Shown here: positions 1 to 9,421 of the stretch, one piece after another
How the letters are laid out: each line of letters opens with the position of its first letter
Position numbering within the stretch: the stretch's first letter is position 1
From: Candidatus Moraniibacteriota bacterium
Lineage (GTDB): Bacteria; Patescibacteriota; Minisyncoccia; Moranbacterales; UBA1568
Direction: 5' to 3'
DNA length: 64,000 bases
NCBI GenBank assembly: GCA_016699975.1
Contig: CP064994.1
Coordinates: 129,222 to 193,221, forward strand
The notes under the pieces: model-generated
What the model saw: only the letters and a program-made list of their open reading frames with translations
Database searches by the model: none
What the model was told of the DNA's origin: nothing
Translations under genes and position numbers: made by a program

Positions 1-330
1 GAAAGGAGTTGGTGGAGGAGTTTTGGGAGGGTTCTCCGGGAGCGGCTTTATTTCAGGTTGAGCAGCAGGGGTCGTTGAAATAACGGGAGAACTTTTTTTC
101 TCGGGAGGGAGAGTTTTCAAAATGGGCTGTGTTTCTTTGACAGGCGACGCGGGAATTTCTGGGGTCGGCGATGGCGGTGGAGGAGGTGTTGGAGGTGAAG
201 AAAACGGGCCAAACGGTGGAGGAGTTTGAGGGGAAGAAGACTTCGGTGCATGCTGTGGAGAAGGAGGCGTGAGAGGAGCGGGTATTTCCGAATTGACGCT
301 TCGATTCGACCGCTCGAGATCCTGTGTCAT
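1..330 (-). CDS. Partial proline-rich hypothetical protein. N-terminus MTQDLERSNRSVNSEIPAPLTPPSPQHAPK...; the reading frame stays open to the window edge.
   Basis: Manual translation of the minus strand from the ATG at 328-330. Low-complexity P/S/T-rich sequence with no stop before position 1. Not in the ORF track because it is truncated by the window edge. Confidence 0.35.
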   Translation of the reverse strand, partial: MTQDLERSNRSVNSEIPAPLTPPSPQHAPKSSSPQTPPPFGPFSSPPTPPPPPSPTPEIPASPVKETQPILKTLPPEKKSSPVISTTPAAQPEIKPLPENPPKTPPPTPF

Positions 331-503
331 GGTACGAACCTTGGACAGAAGAATCGTAGACGTTTCCGGCGAAGAGATATCTGAATTTTTTTTTGAAAAT
401 ATGGAAAATATTCCCATAGGAGCGTTCCTATTTCGTATGAAAGCGAAAACAAAGAAAGCGGGAGAATCCCGCTTTGCATTGTATCATATTCGGTATCGCC
501 GAA

Positions 504-2699
504 CTACTCTTCTTTCGTTTCGGCGGAGTCGTGTCGAAGCGCGGCCTTTCGAGAAAGGTTGATGCGCCCCTGATCATCAATATTTTTCACGATTACTGGA
601 ACGATATCGCCCACGTGAACAACATCTTCTACTCGTTCAACTCGCGAGTCGGCAAGCTCAGAAATGTGAATGAGTCCTTCTTGATTTGGAAGCACCTCAG
701 CAAAGGCGCCAAAATTCATGAGTCTTGTGATTCGTCCCTGAAAAAGTTCTCCCGGCTTTACTTCGCGTGTCAGATTTTTGATCCATTCAACAGCTTTTTT
801 GGAGCTTTCTTCGTCCGGAGAAGTCACGAAAACGGACCCGTCGTCCTCGATGTCGATTTCGACACCGGTTTCATCAATAATGCGGTTGATCATTTTTCCA
901 CCCGGCCCAATAACATCGCGAATCTTTTCGGGATTGATGTGGAGCACGATGATACGCGGAGCATATGCCGAAAGGTTGGGTCGTGCCTCGGGAATGGTTG
1001 CGAGCATTTTCTCGAGGATGTCGGCACGGTTTCCCTTTGCTTGGAGAAGCACCGCTTCCAGCATGGGAAGAGTAACGCCATCAACTTTCACGTCCATTTG
1101 AATGGCGGTGATTCCTTTTGGTGTTCCTGCGGCTTTAAAGTCCATGTCCCCATAGTGGTCTTCAAGACCCTGTATGTCAGTGAGAACCTTGTAGTTCAAT
1201 TCATCGTGAACAATGATTCCCATGGCAATTCCTGAAACAGGCGCGGTTATCGGAACACCGGCATCCATGAGTGCAAGGGTCGATCCGCAGGTCGAAGCCA
1301 TGGACGAAGAGCCATTGGAAGAGAGAATTTCCGATACAAGCAAAATCGTATAAGGGAAGACGTCTTTTGTGGGAAGCACCGGGATCAACGCTTTTTCTGC
1401 GAGAGCTCCATGACCCACTTCGCGACGACCAGGTCCTCGCATGGGACGGACTTCACCGACGGAATATGGCGGAAAGTTGTAATGATGGATATAGCGCTTT
1501 TTGGTATCAACTTCCATGGTATCGATAATTTGTTCGTCTCCGGGAGAGCCGAGTGTTGCTACTGTGAGAGCCTGTGTTTCTCCTCGGGTGAAGAGTCCGG
1601 TTCCATGCGTTCTCGGGAGCACCCCGACGCGGCAGGTAATCGGTCGAATTTCAGTGAGCGCTCGACCATCGGGGCGCTTCTCATACTTTAGGATATTTTC
1701 ATGCACAATTTGGTCGGAGAGCTCTTCGAAAACTTGTTCCGTCACCTCTTTTATTTTCGGAACATTCGAGTACGTTTCGGCCACCTTTGCGTCAACGTAC
1801 TCACGGATTTCACGAAGACGTTCATGCGTTTCTTTTTTTCCTTTGAGATAGAGCGCTTGTGCGAGCCCTTTTTCTTCGAACCACGCTCGAATAGCCTCCT
1901 CAGTTTCGCGGGGCGCTTCGAGCAGTGTGGGAGTCGATTTCTCTTTCCCAATCTCTTCCCGGATCGACTCAAGAAACGAGGCAATTTTTTTGACCGCTTC
2001 AAATCCGAAGGAGAATGCTTCTACCATGATGGGTTCCGGCACTTCTTTCGCGGACACTTCCATCATGTTGATTTTGTCTTTCGTGCCCGACAGAAGAAGG
2101 TCGAATTCGCTTTCGTCGCGCTCAGCGTTTACTGGGTTTAAGACGAAATTTTGATCGATTCTGCCGACACGGACGGCACCAATGGGCCCATTCCATGGAA
2201 TGTCAGAAATAGCAAGTGCGGCAGAAGCAGCAATCATGCCAATTGTGTCGGGATCATTTTCTGTATCGAAGGACAGCGTGGTGACGATGACTTGTACGTC
2301 ATTTCGCATTCTCGGGTTAAAGAGCGGGCGGATGGTTCGGTCCACAGCGCGTCCGGTGAGAACAGCGTCATCCGACGGGCGGCCTTCCCTTTTGATGAAT
2401 CGTGACCCTTTAATTTTTCCAGCAGCGTAATAGCGTTCTTCGTAATCGACGAGAAGGGGGAAGTAACCCGAAATATTCGAGGGATTTTTCCCCATGACGG
2501 CAGTTGCAAGAACGACCGTATCGCCGTACTGCACTCGAACGGCGCCATTTGCCTGGCGAGCGAGGAAGCCGGTTGATATTTCAAGAACTCGCCCTCCGAT
2601 TTGGAGGGACCATGTTTTCTCTGACATAGACGGTGAGGCCCTCGAAGAGGCCGCTGTACACGGAAGAATTCCCAATATTTGGAGGCTCTTCTGTGTCAA
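504..2699 (-). CDS. pnp: Polyribonucleotide nucleotidyltransferase (PNPase)
   Basis: 731-aa ORF with two RNase PH-like cores and a KH plus S1 C-terminus (…GRITRLMNFGAFAEVLPNQEGLIHISEL…). Lies downstream of rpsO as in the classical rpsO-pnp arrangement. The true start may be the internal Met at about 2627. Confidence 0.95.
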   Translation of the reverse strand: MTQKSLQILGILPCTAASSRASPSMSEKTWSLQIGGRVLEISTGFLARQANGAVRVQYGDTVVLATAVMGKNPSNISGYFPLLVDYEERYYAAGKIKGSRFIKREGRPSDDAVLTGRAVDRTIRPLFNPRMRNDVQVIVTTLSFDTENDPDTIGMIAASAALAISDIPWNGPIGAVRVGRIDQNFVLNPVNAERDESEFDLLLSGTKDKINMMEVSAKEVPEPIMVEAFSFGFEAVKKIASFLESIREEIGKEKSTPTLLEAPRETEEAIRAWFEEKGLAQALYLKGKKETHERLREIREYVDAKVAETYSNVPKIKEVTEQVFEELSDQIVHENILKYEKRPDGRALTEIRPITCRVGVLPRTHGTGLFTRGETQALTVATLGSPGDEQIIDTMEVDTKKRYIHHYNFPPYSVGEVRPMRGPGRREVGHGALAEKALIPVLPTKDVFPYTILLVSEILSSNGSSSMASTCGSTLALMDAGVPITAPVSGIAMGIIVHDELNYKVLTDIQGLEDHYGDMDFKAAGTPKGITAIQMDVKVDGVTLPMLEAVLLQAKGNRADILEKMLATIPEARPNLSAYAPRIIVLHINPEKIRDVIGPGGKMINRIIDETGVEIDIEDDGSVFVTSPDEESSKKAVEWIKNLTREVKPGELFQGRITRLMNFGAFAEVLPNQEGLIHISELADSRVERVEDVVHVGDIVPVIVKNIDDQGRINLSRKAALRHDSAETKEE

Positions 2700-2790
2700 T
2701 GGCGCTTCTTCTGGGGTATTTAAAAATGTAAAACCCTACCAGTCGAGTGTAGGGTTTCTCCTTCCTGAAGTCAATTTTTCGAGGTGCTCT

Positions 2791-3297
2791 CTAGTAATTC
2801 CAGTTTACTTTGATGAACTCCTTTTCTGTGAGAAGTACGTCGAAGCCCTCCTCGCGTTTTGGTGGAAATTCTTGTAGATTATAGTGCATTTTTTTCAATA
2901 CACTTTCTTCTACTACCCGATCCCTTTTTGCGTTTCTGTTGAGGGCGGTTTCGAGCAGTGTATTAAAATATACGCCAATAATAGTTTTCACACCGCTCTC
3001 TCGCGAGAGAGAAATAATTCTCTCTCTTTGCTCGGGAAGCGTAAAAGTGGCATCAAAGACGAATGAAATTCCTCTTTGCAGTGAAGCTGCTACCCCCTGA
3101 AAGCACATCCTCCATACGAGAGGATTTTGAGACTGATCTTTGGATGAGCCCGTAAGTTCCTCTCGGACATTATCAGGACAAATGTAAATGTAGTGGTTTT
3201 GTCTTGAAAAAGGCTCGAGAAGAGTCGTCTTTCCGCTTCCAGGAATGCCTATTCCAATAACTGCTATCGGTAAACGGAGTATTGTCTCGGTTGCCAT
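2791..3297 (-). CDS. P-loop NTPase, AAA/zeta-toxin-like predicted kinase
   Basis: Walker A motif GIPGSGKTT near the N-terminus; 168 aa; no further family assignment possible from sequence alone. Confidence 0.55.
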   Translation of the reverse strand: MATETILRLPIAVIGIGIPGSGKTTLLEPFSRQNHYIYICPDNVREELTGSSKDQSQNPLVWRMCFQGVAASLQRGISFVFDATFTLPEQRERIISLSRESGVKTIIGVYFNTLLETALNRNAKRDRVVEESVLKKMHYNLQEFPPKREEGFDVLLTEKEFIKVNWNY

Positions 3298-3423
3298 TCT
3301 TTTCTCCTTTCTTGAAGTTTCTCAATTCTCAAAGAACGATCATTCTTGTGAGCCTAACAGCACAGAGGGTAACATGTATTCACCTTATCGTCAACCAAAA
3401 CTTCCTTGGACAGAGCTCTGGGA

Positions 3424-3967
3424 TTATATCAAAAACAATTTTTTGTCATCTGAAAGATTCGTAAAGTCGTCGAGATGCTCGATCAGCTTCGAGCTTGCCG
3501 ACTCTTTGAATGCCATCCCTTCGACGCGGCACCCGGTGGTCGACTGAATGTACTCGACGAGAGGAAGATAGTCGCCATCTCCCGATACGAGAATGATAAC
3601 ATCGAGATTTCTTGCCATTTTCACAGCATCCATCGCGATACCGACATCCCAATCACCTTTCTTTGAACCGTCCGGAAAAATTTGCAGGTCTTTGGTTTTG
3701 ACTTCGAACCCTGATTTTCCGAGCGCTTCGAAAAAATTTTTCTTCCATCCCCTCCACGGTTTTTATGCCATAGGCAATCGCGCGAATCAGCTTGCGGTTT
3801 GAAGTTCCGGCGAGGAGAACGTTTTTAAAATTTACTTTTTTACTAAAAAGGATGCGGGCGCTGTAGTACATGTTCTGGACATCGACGAGCATGCCGATTC
3901 GTTGTTCTTTAAATTTAGCCATAATGATAGGGAAGAAAATATTGGGGACGAAAGAGGATGTTCGCAT
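3424..3967 (-). CDS. NYN/LabA-like domain protein (DUF88), split by an apparent frameshift
   Basis: The N-terminal half (ORF 3653..3967: MAKFKEQRIGMLVDVQNMYYSA…) and C-terminal half (ORF 3424..3633: …NLDVIILVSGDGDYLPLV…) are both NYN-like and lie in different frames. The junction falls in an a7/t4 homopolymer near 3715-3735. Confidence 0.6.
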
Positions 3968-4184
3968 TGCTCTCTTTGGAATATCGCTTTTTCCGCCTCT
4001 CTTTTTTTGAACGTCGTAGCAAAAGAAGAGGTTCGAGAACAGCGAACGTGTTTGCTGCAGTGAGAAAAAGGATCGTGTGATAAACTTTTCTCGTTTTCGG
4101 CTGCGAGCTCAATAGGTTAGTGATGCCTTCTCTCAAAAAACAAAAAGGAAGGGGAAACAAACAAGTGAAATGAAAGAAATATTT

Positions 4185-4221
4185 CAAAAGAAAACACATT
4201 GTCCCGCCGAAGCGGGACAAG
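4185..4221 (-). terminator. Rho-independent terminator downstream of rpsO
   Basis: Minus-strand hairpin CTTGTCCCGC-TTCG-GCGGGACAA followed by TGTGTTTTCTTTT. Confidence 0.6.
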
Positions 4222-4225
4222 AGAC

Positions 4226-4543
4226 TTATGCGAGCTTGAGCTTCTTCGCGAGCGACTTTGCTCCTTTTTCGTCAGTTTTCTGGAGATAGGTCATGAGACG
4301 CTTTCGCTTTGAGACCATCTTGAGAAGACCACGACGCGAGTGAAAATCTTTCTTGTTTTTCTTGAGGTGATCCGTGAGCTTCTTGATACGCTCGGTAAAC
4401 ATGGCAATCTGGTATTCTGGGGATCCGGTATCCGTATCGTGTCGCTTTACCTCTTTCGTCACTTTCGCTTTCTGTTTACTCGTGAGCATAGTTATCTGTG
4501 CGGCATCGGACTCGTCTTGCGCATATGCGCGAAACCAATCCAA
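4226..4543 (-). CDS. rpsO: 30S ribosomal protein S15
   Basis: 105 aa with S15 hallmarks ([49 protein letters not shown]). Confidence 0.95.
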   Translation of the reverse strand: MDWFRAYAQDESDAAQITMLTSKQKAKVTKEVKRHDTDTGSPEYQIAMFTERIKKLTDHLKKNKKDFHSRRGLLKMVSKRKRLMTYLQKTDEKGAKSLAKKLKLA

Positions 4544-4815
4544 GCTCGTTCCCTAATAAATTATTTTAAAATCCTATCATACAAGTATCTTTCACGCAAA
4601 TGAAAAACCAAACACGGATGCTTGGTTTAGCGCTTTAAGCCCATTCTATCTAAGGAACACACGGATTGCAGTCTGCAGAAGTATTCCCCCGTACTTTCTA
4701 TTCATATTCCATTCTTGCGAAATGCTAGCCATAGGAAAGGAAAACCCGAATTTTCTGAGATAATCGACAGTTTTGGACCCTGAAACATAGCTCTTTCCGC
4801 ACTCTTTGTCAAGAC

Positions 4816-7277
4816 TTAAAGCACCGTGAATGAGGCAACATTGTCGCCTGATTGTGGTCGCATGACACGGACCCCTTGGGTCACGCGCGACAGGGAGGGC
4901 ACGCTTTTGAGAGGAATGCGAATAATCGTTCCTTTTTTGGAGGTAGCAATGAGATCGCAGTCGGAAATTTCATCTTTATGAATCACTTGAGCGCCGACCA
5001 GTGTGCCGATTTTCGGAGTGACTTTTGCTGTTTTCATGCCAATGCCGCCGCGGCGTTGGACCGTATAGTGCTTCATTTCTGTTCGTTTTCCGAAGCCGTT
5101 TTCGGAGAGGATGATGAGTTCGAAGTCTTTGCCTTCGGCGCGGATGATATTCATGCCAACAACTTTGTCGGCAGAAGTGAGCTTGATGCCGCGAACACCC
5201 GCAGCTCCCCGACCCATCGGGCGTGCATCGCTTTCCTTGAATCGAATCGACTGACCCTTGGAGGTTGTGAAAATAATGTGGTCGGATCCGGTTGTCGGAG
5301 CGACCCAGCCTAAGAAGTCGCCTTTTTCGAGATTGATAGCAATAAGACCGCTGCGTCGCACGTTTTCGAAGTCTTCGAGCTTTGTTTTTTTGATGGTTCC
5401 CTGTTCAGTTGCCATGAAGAGGTATCGGTAGTCATCATCCTTGTTGAAAGCGATGACGGCGGTAATTTTTTCTTCATTTCCAAGTTGCAAGAAATTCACG
5501 ATGGCTTGACCTTTGGCGGTGCGGGACGATTCCGGAATTTCGTAGGCTTTCGTTTGAAAAACTTTGCCGGTATTCGTAAAAAACATGAGGTTGTCGTGTG
5601 TCATGATGCCAAGTACCTTGGCGATCACATCGCCTTCTTTGGTAGTTGCACCAATAACGCCTTTTCCGCCGCGCTTCTGCACCCGGTATACATCCGGATT
5701 CATGCGTTTAACATAGCCATCTTGAGAAAGTGTAATAATCGCTTCTTCGTTCGGAATCAGATCTTCTTGTGAAAATTCGCCGATTGCGGAACGTATGACC
5801 TTCGTCTTTCGCGCGTCCCCGTACTTTTCTTTGAGTTCGAGGAGTTCCGTTTTGACGAGCGCAAGAATTTTCGCAGGATTTTTGAGGAGATCTTCGAGTT
5901 TTGCGATGAGCTTTCGTTTTTCGGACAGTTCGTCTTCGATTTTCTTTCGTTCGAGCCCCGAAAGTGTCTGGAGTCGCATCTCGAGTATCGCGTCTGCTTG
6001 TCGGTCGGAAAGCGCGAAATTTTTCATGAGTCGCGTGTTCGCCACTTCTTTATCGGGAGATTTCTTGATGGTCGCAATGATTTCGTCGATGTGGTCGAGC
6101 GCTTTCTTGAGTCCTTCGAGAATATGGGCGCGTTCTCGGGCGCGATCAAGTTCGAACTGCGCGCGCCGTGTGACGACGCTCTGCCGGTGCATCACGTACT
6201 GTTCCAAGATGCTCTTTAAATTGAGAACCTGAGGCTCGATCCCATCGACTAGGGCGAGCATATTCATGTTGAAGTTTTTCTGAAAGTCCGTGAGTGAATA
6301 GAGCTTATTCAAAACTTTTTGCGGAAAAGCTTCTTTCTTCAGCTCGATAACGATGCGTACGCCATCTTTGTCCGATTCATCACGAAGGTCTTTGATGCCG
6401 AGGAGCTTCCCGTCTTTTACGAGTTCGGCGATTTTTTGGATCAGCGTCGCCTTATTCGTCATGTACGTAATTTCGGTCGCCACGATCTGAAAAGAGCCGG
6501 CTTTCGTTTCGATAATCTCTGCCTTGGCGCGAGTGGTGATTTTTCCGCGTCCCGTCGCATAGGCTTCGCGGATATCTTTCGCATTGTAAATGATTCCACC
6601 CGTTGGAAAATCGGGCCCTTTGATGAATTTGAGGAGTTCTTCGATACTTGCTTCCGGATGGTCGATAAGATGAGCGATGCCATCGACGAGTTCAGAGAGG
6701 TTATGGGGCGGGATGTTGGTTGCCATACCAACCGCAATGCCGACGGTTCCGTTTGCAAGAAGTTGCGGAAGTTTTGCTGGGAGAACAACAGGCTCTTTGT
6801 GAACGCCGTCGAAGTTCGGAACAAAATTCACGGTATTCTTTTCGATGTCGAACAGCATTTCTTCGGCGATTGAAGAAAGTTTCGCTTCGGTATAGCGGTA
6901 AGCAGCGGGACTATCTCCGTCCATGGATCCGAAGTTTCCTTGTCCCAAGACGAGCGGGTACCGGAGTGAGAAGTCTTGTGCCATCCGGACCATGGTGTCG
7001 TAGACGGCAACATCGCCGTGGGGGTGATATTTTCCGAGCACTTCTCCGACCACAGTGGCAGATTTTCGAAATTTCGCATTCGCCTTGAGTCCGGTTGACC
7101 ACATCGAATAGAGAATGCGTCGATGAACGGGTTTGAGTCCGTCGCGCACGTCGGGAGTGCTCGCGATACGATAACGCTCATGGCGTAATCCAAGTAGGAC
7201 TTGCGCACCTCATCGGTGATAGGTTGAAGGCGAATGTGCTCAACAAAGGGAGTTTCGGGAAGAGTCTCTTTTTTCAT
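4816..7277 (-). CDS. gyrA: DNA gyrase subunit A, with a 1-bp deletion splitting the N-terminus
   Basis: ORF 4816..7149 begins [17 protein letters not shown] 6828..7277 carries the upstream conserved N-terminus …[16 protein letters not shown]. The sequence reads CCGACGTGCGCGAC where CCGGACGTGCGCGAC (PDVRDGLKP) is expected. Confidence 0.95.
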
Positions 7278-7311
7278 AAGCGCTCGGAATCAATATTCTT
7301 CTTTGGGGAGA

Positions 7312-7794
7312 TTAGGGAGCCTCGTTCGTCATTTCGGAAGGAGGAGGAGATTCAGTTGGAACATTTTTTTGTTCTCCAGGACCCTCCATTTTTTCGGAAG
7401 GCTGAGAGAGCTCTCCCTCTTTGCGTTCGGGGGAAGTAGGAGAAACGGTGTTGGGCTCTTTTGGTGCGAGGCTTGTCTCGGGGAGGTTTTGGAGGGGCTC
7501 TCCTGTTGTTGGTAGTGGAGCCGCTGAGTTTTGAAGACGATCTTCTGTAAGCGCCTCTCCCGATTTTATAAGATCTTTGAGTGAATCGGGGCTATCTCCA
7601 GCAGTCTTCTTTACGGTATTGAGGATCTCACTTGGAGCACTTTTTTCGCCAATTGCGCCAAGAGATGCTTTGAGAGAGAAAATCCATAGAAGCGCGATGA
7701 CAAAAAAAGAAATTCCGACCGAAGCAAAAAGGTATCGGACGCGTGTTGCTTCCGGTTTTTGTCGAATTCGCTCAAGAAAAGAGGAGGATGGCAT
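7312..7794 (-). CDS. Hypothetical membrane-anchored protein with a Pro/Ser/Glu-rich low-complexity tail
   Basis: N-terminal TM segment FFVIALLWIFSL followed by a PT/PE-rich disordered region. Confidence 0.45.
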   Translation of the reverse strand: MPSSSFLERIRQKPEATRVRYLFASVGISFFVIALLWIFSLKASLGAIGEKSAPSEILNTVKKTAGDSPDSLKDLIKSGEALTEDRLQNSAAPLPTTGEPLQNLPETSLAPKEPNTVSPTSPERKEGELSQPSEKMEGPGEQKNVPTESPPPSEMTNEAP

Positions 7795-8047
7795 ACGTCT
7801 TCAAATTTCTGGGGGGCATACCTCGAAAGCTCTCTCGGGAGATAAAGAATGGTTTTGATGTCCCCATATGCCCTGCACTCTTGGCGTAGGGAGGTTTATT
7901 TGGTTGCGAGAAAAAAGATCGGTGCGGATACGAAAATGCTCGTGCGGACCATACTCTTTTTTGTAAGAGAATTCGAGATCTCCTTTCTACAAAAGAAAGG
8001 GATGCGAATTCTTGAGCACGAAACCTAACAGAGAACATTTTGAGAAA

Positions 8048-8761
8048 CTATGCCCGCTCAAGAAGCACGACTTCCATGTTCTTTCCTTCCAGGTCTTTCT
8101 TTTTTACGGTCAGCTTTGTCTCGACGGATTCGGGACAATTTCCTATTTCTTTGCAAAAGGGGGTACGATCTTCGATGTTAGTTGCGAAGCCGGGTATTTT
8201 GTAGTGCATGGGAATAACAATGCTCGGCTCTATTTTTCGAATCAGTTCATCGATATTTGATATCGCGAGAGTATCGTGATTTCCGATCGGAACGAACAAA
8301 ATGTCTACATGTCCTATCTTTTCGATCGTGCTGCTTGAGAGCTCGTGACCCAAAGCGCCAATATGACAGAGGGAAATTTCTTCGCTTTGCACAACGAAAA
8401 GAGTATTTTGTCCGCGAGTCTCCCCTTTTGTTTCATCTCGAAAACTCGGAAGACCAAAAAACGTCACTCCTTTTACGTCGTATTCTCCGGGACAATCAAA
8501 AATCGCTTCAGCCTCTAAAGGACGATCATTTTCCTCCGCATGAGTTTTTAAAAGAATGTGAGCCTTTCCTTGAGGAGCTCGCAAACCACTCTCTTTGGGA
8601 GGCGGATCGGTAACGATAATGATTTCTTCGGTGGCGCGACCGCCAGGCTTTGTTGTTATTTTGAAACAGAAATCTCCGTAGTACTGAATATTCATAAGGG
8701 AGAATCTCCACGATTCATACAATAAAGAATTTTCGGAAGTGTCTCCCGAAAGCCTCCTCAT
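8048..8761 (-). CDS. MBL-fold metallo-hydrolase
   Basis: 237 aa with a beta-lactamase-fold pattern (…HIGALGHEL…HVDILFVPIGNHDT…). Confidence 0.65.
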   Translation of the reverse strand: MRRLSGDTSENSLLYESWRFSLMNIQYYGDFCFKITTKPGGRATEEIIIVTDPPPKESGLRAPQGKAHILLKTHAEENDRPLEAEAIFDCPGEYDVKGVTFFGLPSFRDETKGETRGQNTLFVVQSEEISLCHIGALGHELSSSTIEKIGHVDILFVPIGNHDTLAISNIDELIRKIEPSIVIPMHYKIPGFATNIEDRTPFCKEIGNCPESVETKLTVKKKDLEGKNMEVVLLERA

Positions 8762-8937
8762 GCTATCATGCCCCCACAGCCTTGTCGAGCCTTCTTTTTC
8801 AGGGAAAGCTGCTTCCCAGCTTTCTTGGTTGACGAGTATGAAAATATCTTTTAGAGTGTCAGGAGCGTAAAGGTTCTTGGTGAACCTTCTCTTTTTCTTT
8901 CGAAATAGTCATAATTGATTCTCTTTTCCACTTTCCT

Positions 8938-9366
8938 ATGAACCAGAAACTTATCGAGTTTAATCGGGCTCGACGTCGAAACGATCTTCCAGCCGATCTT
9001 CGAACCGGTGATGTTGTGCGGGTGACGCGGAAAATTACTGAAGGAGGCAAGGAGCGTCTCCAGGTATTTGAGGGAATGATCATCGCTCAAAAAGGGGGTC
9101 AGAGTGCTTCCCGAACGCTGACGGTGCGAAAGGTGTCGCTCGGTATCGGTGTGGAAATTATCTTTCCGCTCAATTCCCCGCACGTGGAAAAGATTGAACG
9201 TGTAAAGCGTACATCAGCGGGACGATCAAAGCTCTATTATGTGCGTGGAAAGTCCGCAAAAGTATTGAGTCGGAAGCTTAAAGAAGTCCCCGTAAAGAGT
9301 CGTGAAAACCATGCGGAAAAAGTTTCGGACCACAAGGAAACTCTGGACGAAAAGACAACTTCTTAA
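8938..9366 (+). CDS. rplS: 50S ribosomal protein L19
   Basis: RTGDVVRVTRKITEGGKERLQVFEGMIIAQKGG…TVRKVSLGIGVEIIFPLNSPHVEKIERV matches the L19 core. Confidence 0.95.
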   Translation: MNQKLIEFNRARRRNDLPADLRTGDVVRVTRKITEGGKERLQVFEGMIIAQKGGQSASRTLTVRKVSLGIGVEIIFPLNSPHVEKIERVKRTSAGRSKLYYVRGKSAKVLSRKLKEVPVKSRENHAEKVSDHKETLDEKTTS

Positions 9367-9421
9367 GAAAGACGTGGTAGAATGAGGAGAGAAAGACACG
9401 AGGTGGACAGTTTCAATTGCC

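Noticed and set aside
474-1235. 253-aa plus-strand ORF (with nested ORFs 778..1101 and 890..1084) overlapping pnp
   Set aside because: It lies entirely antisense to the well-supported PNPase gene, has low-complexity composition and no motifs. It is a typical shadow ORF.
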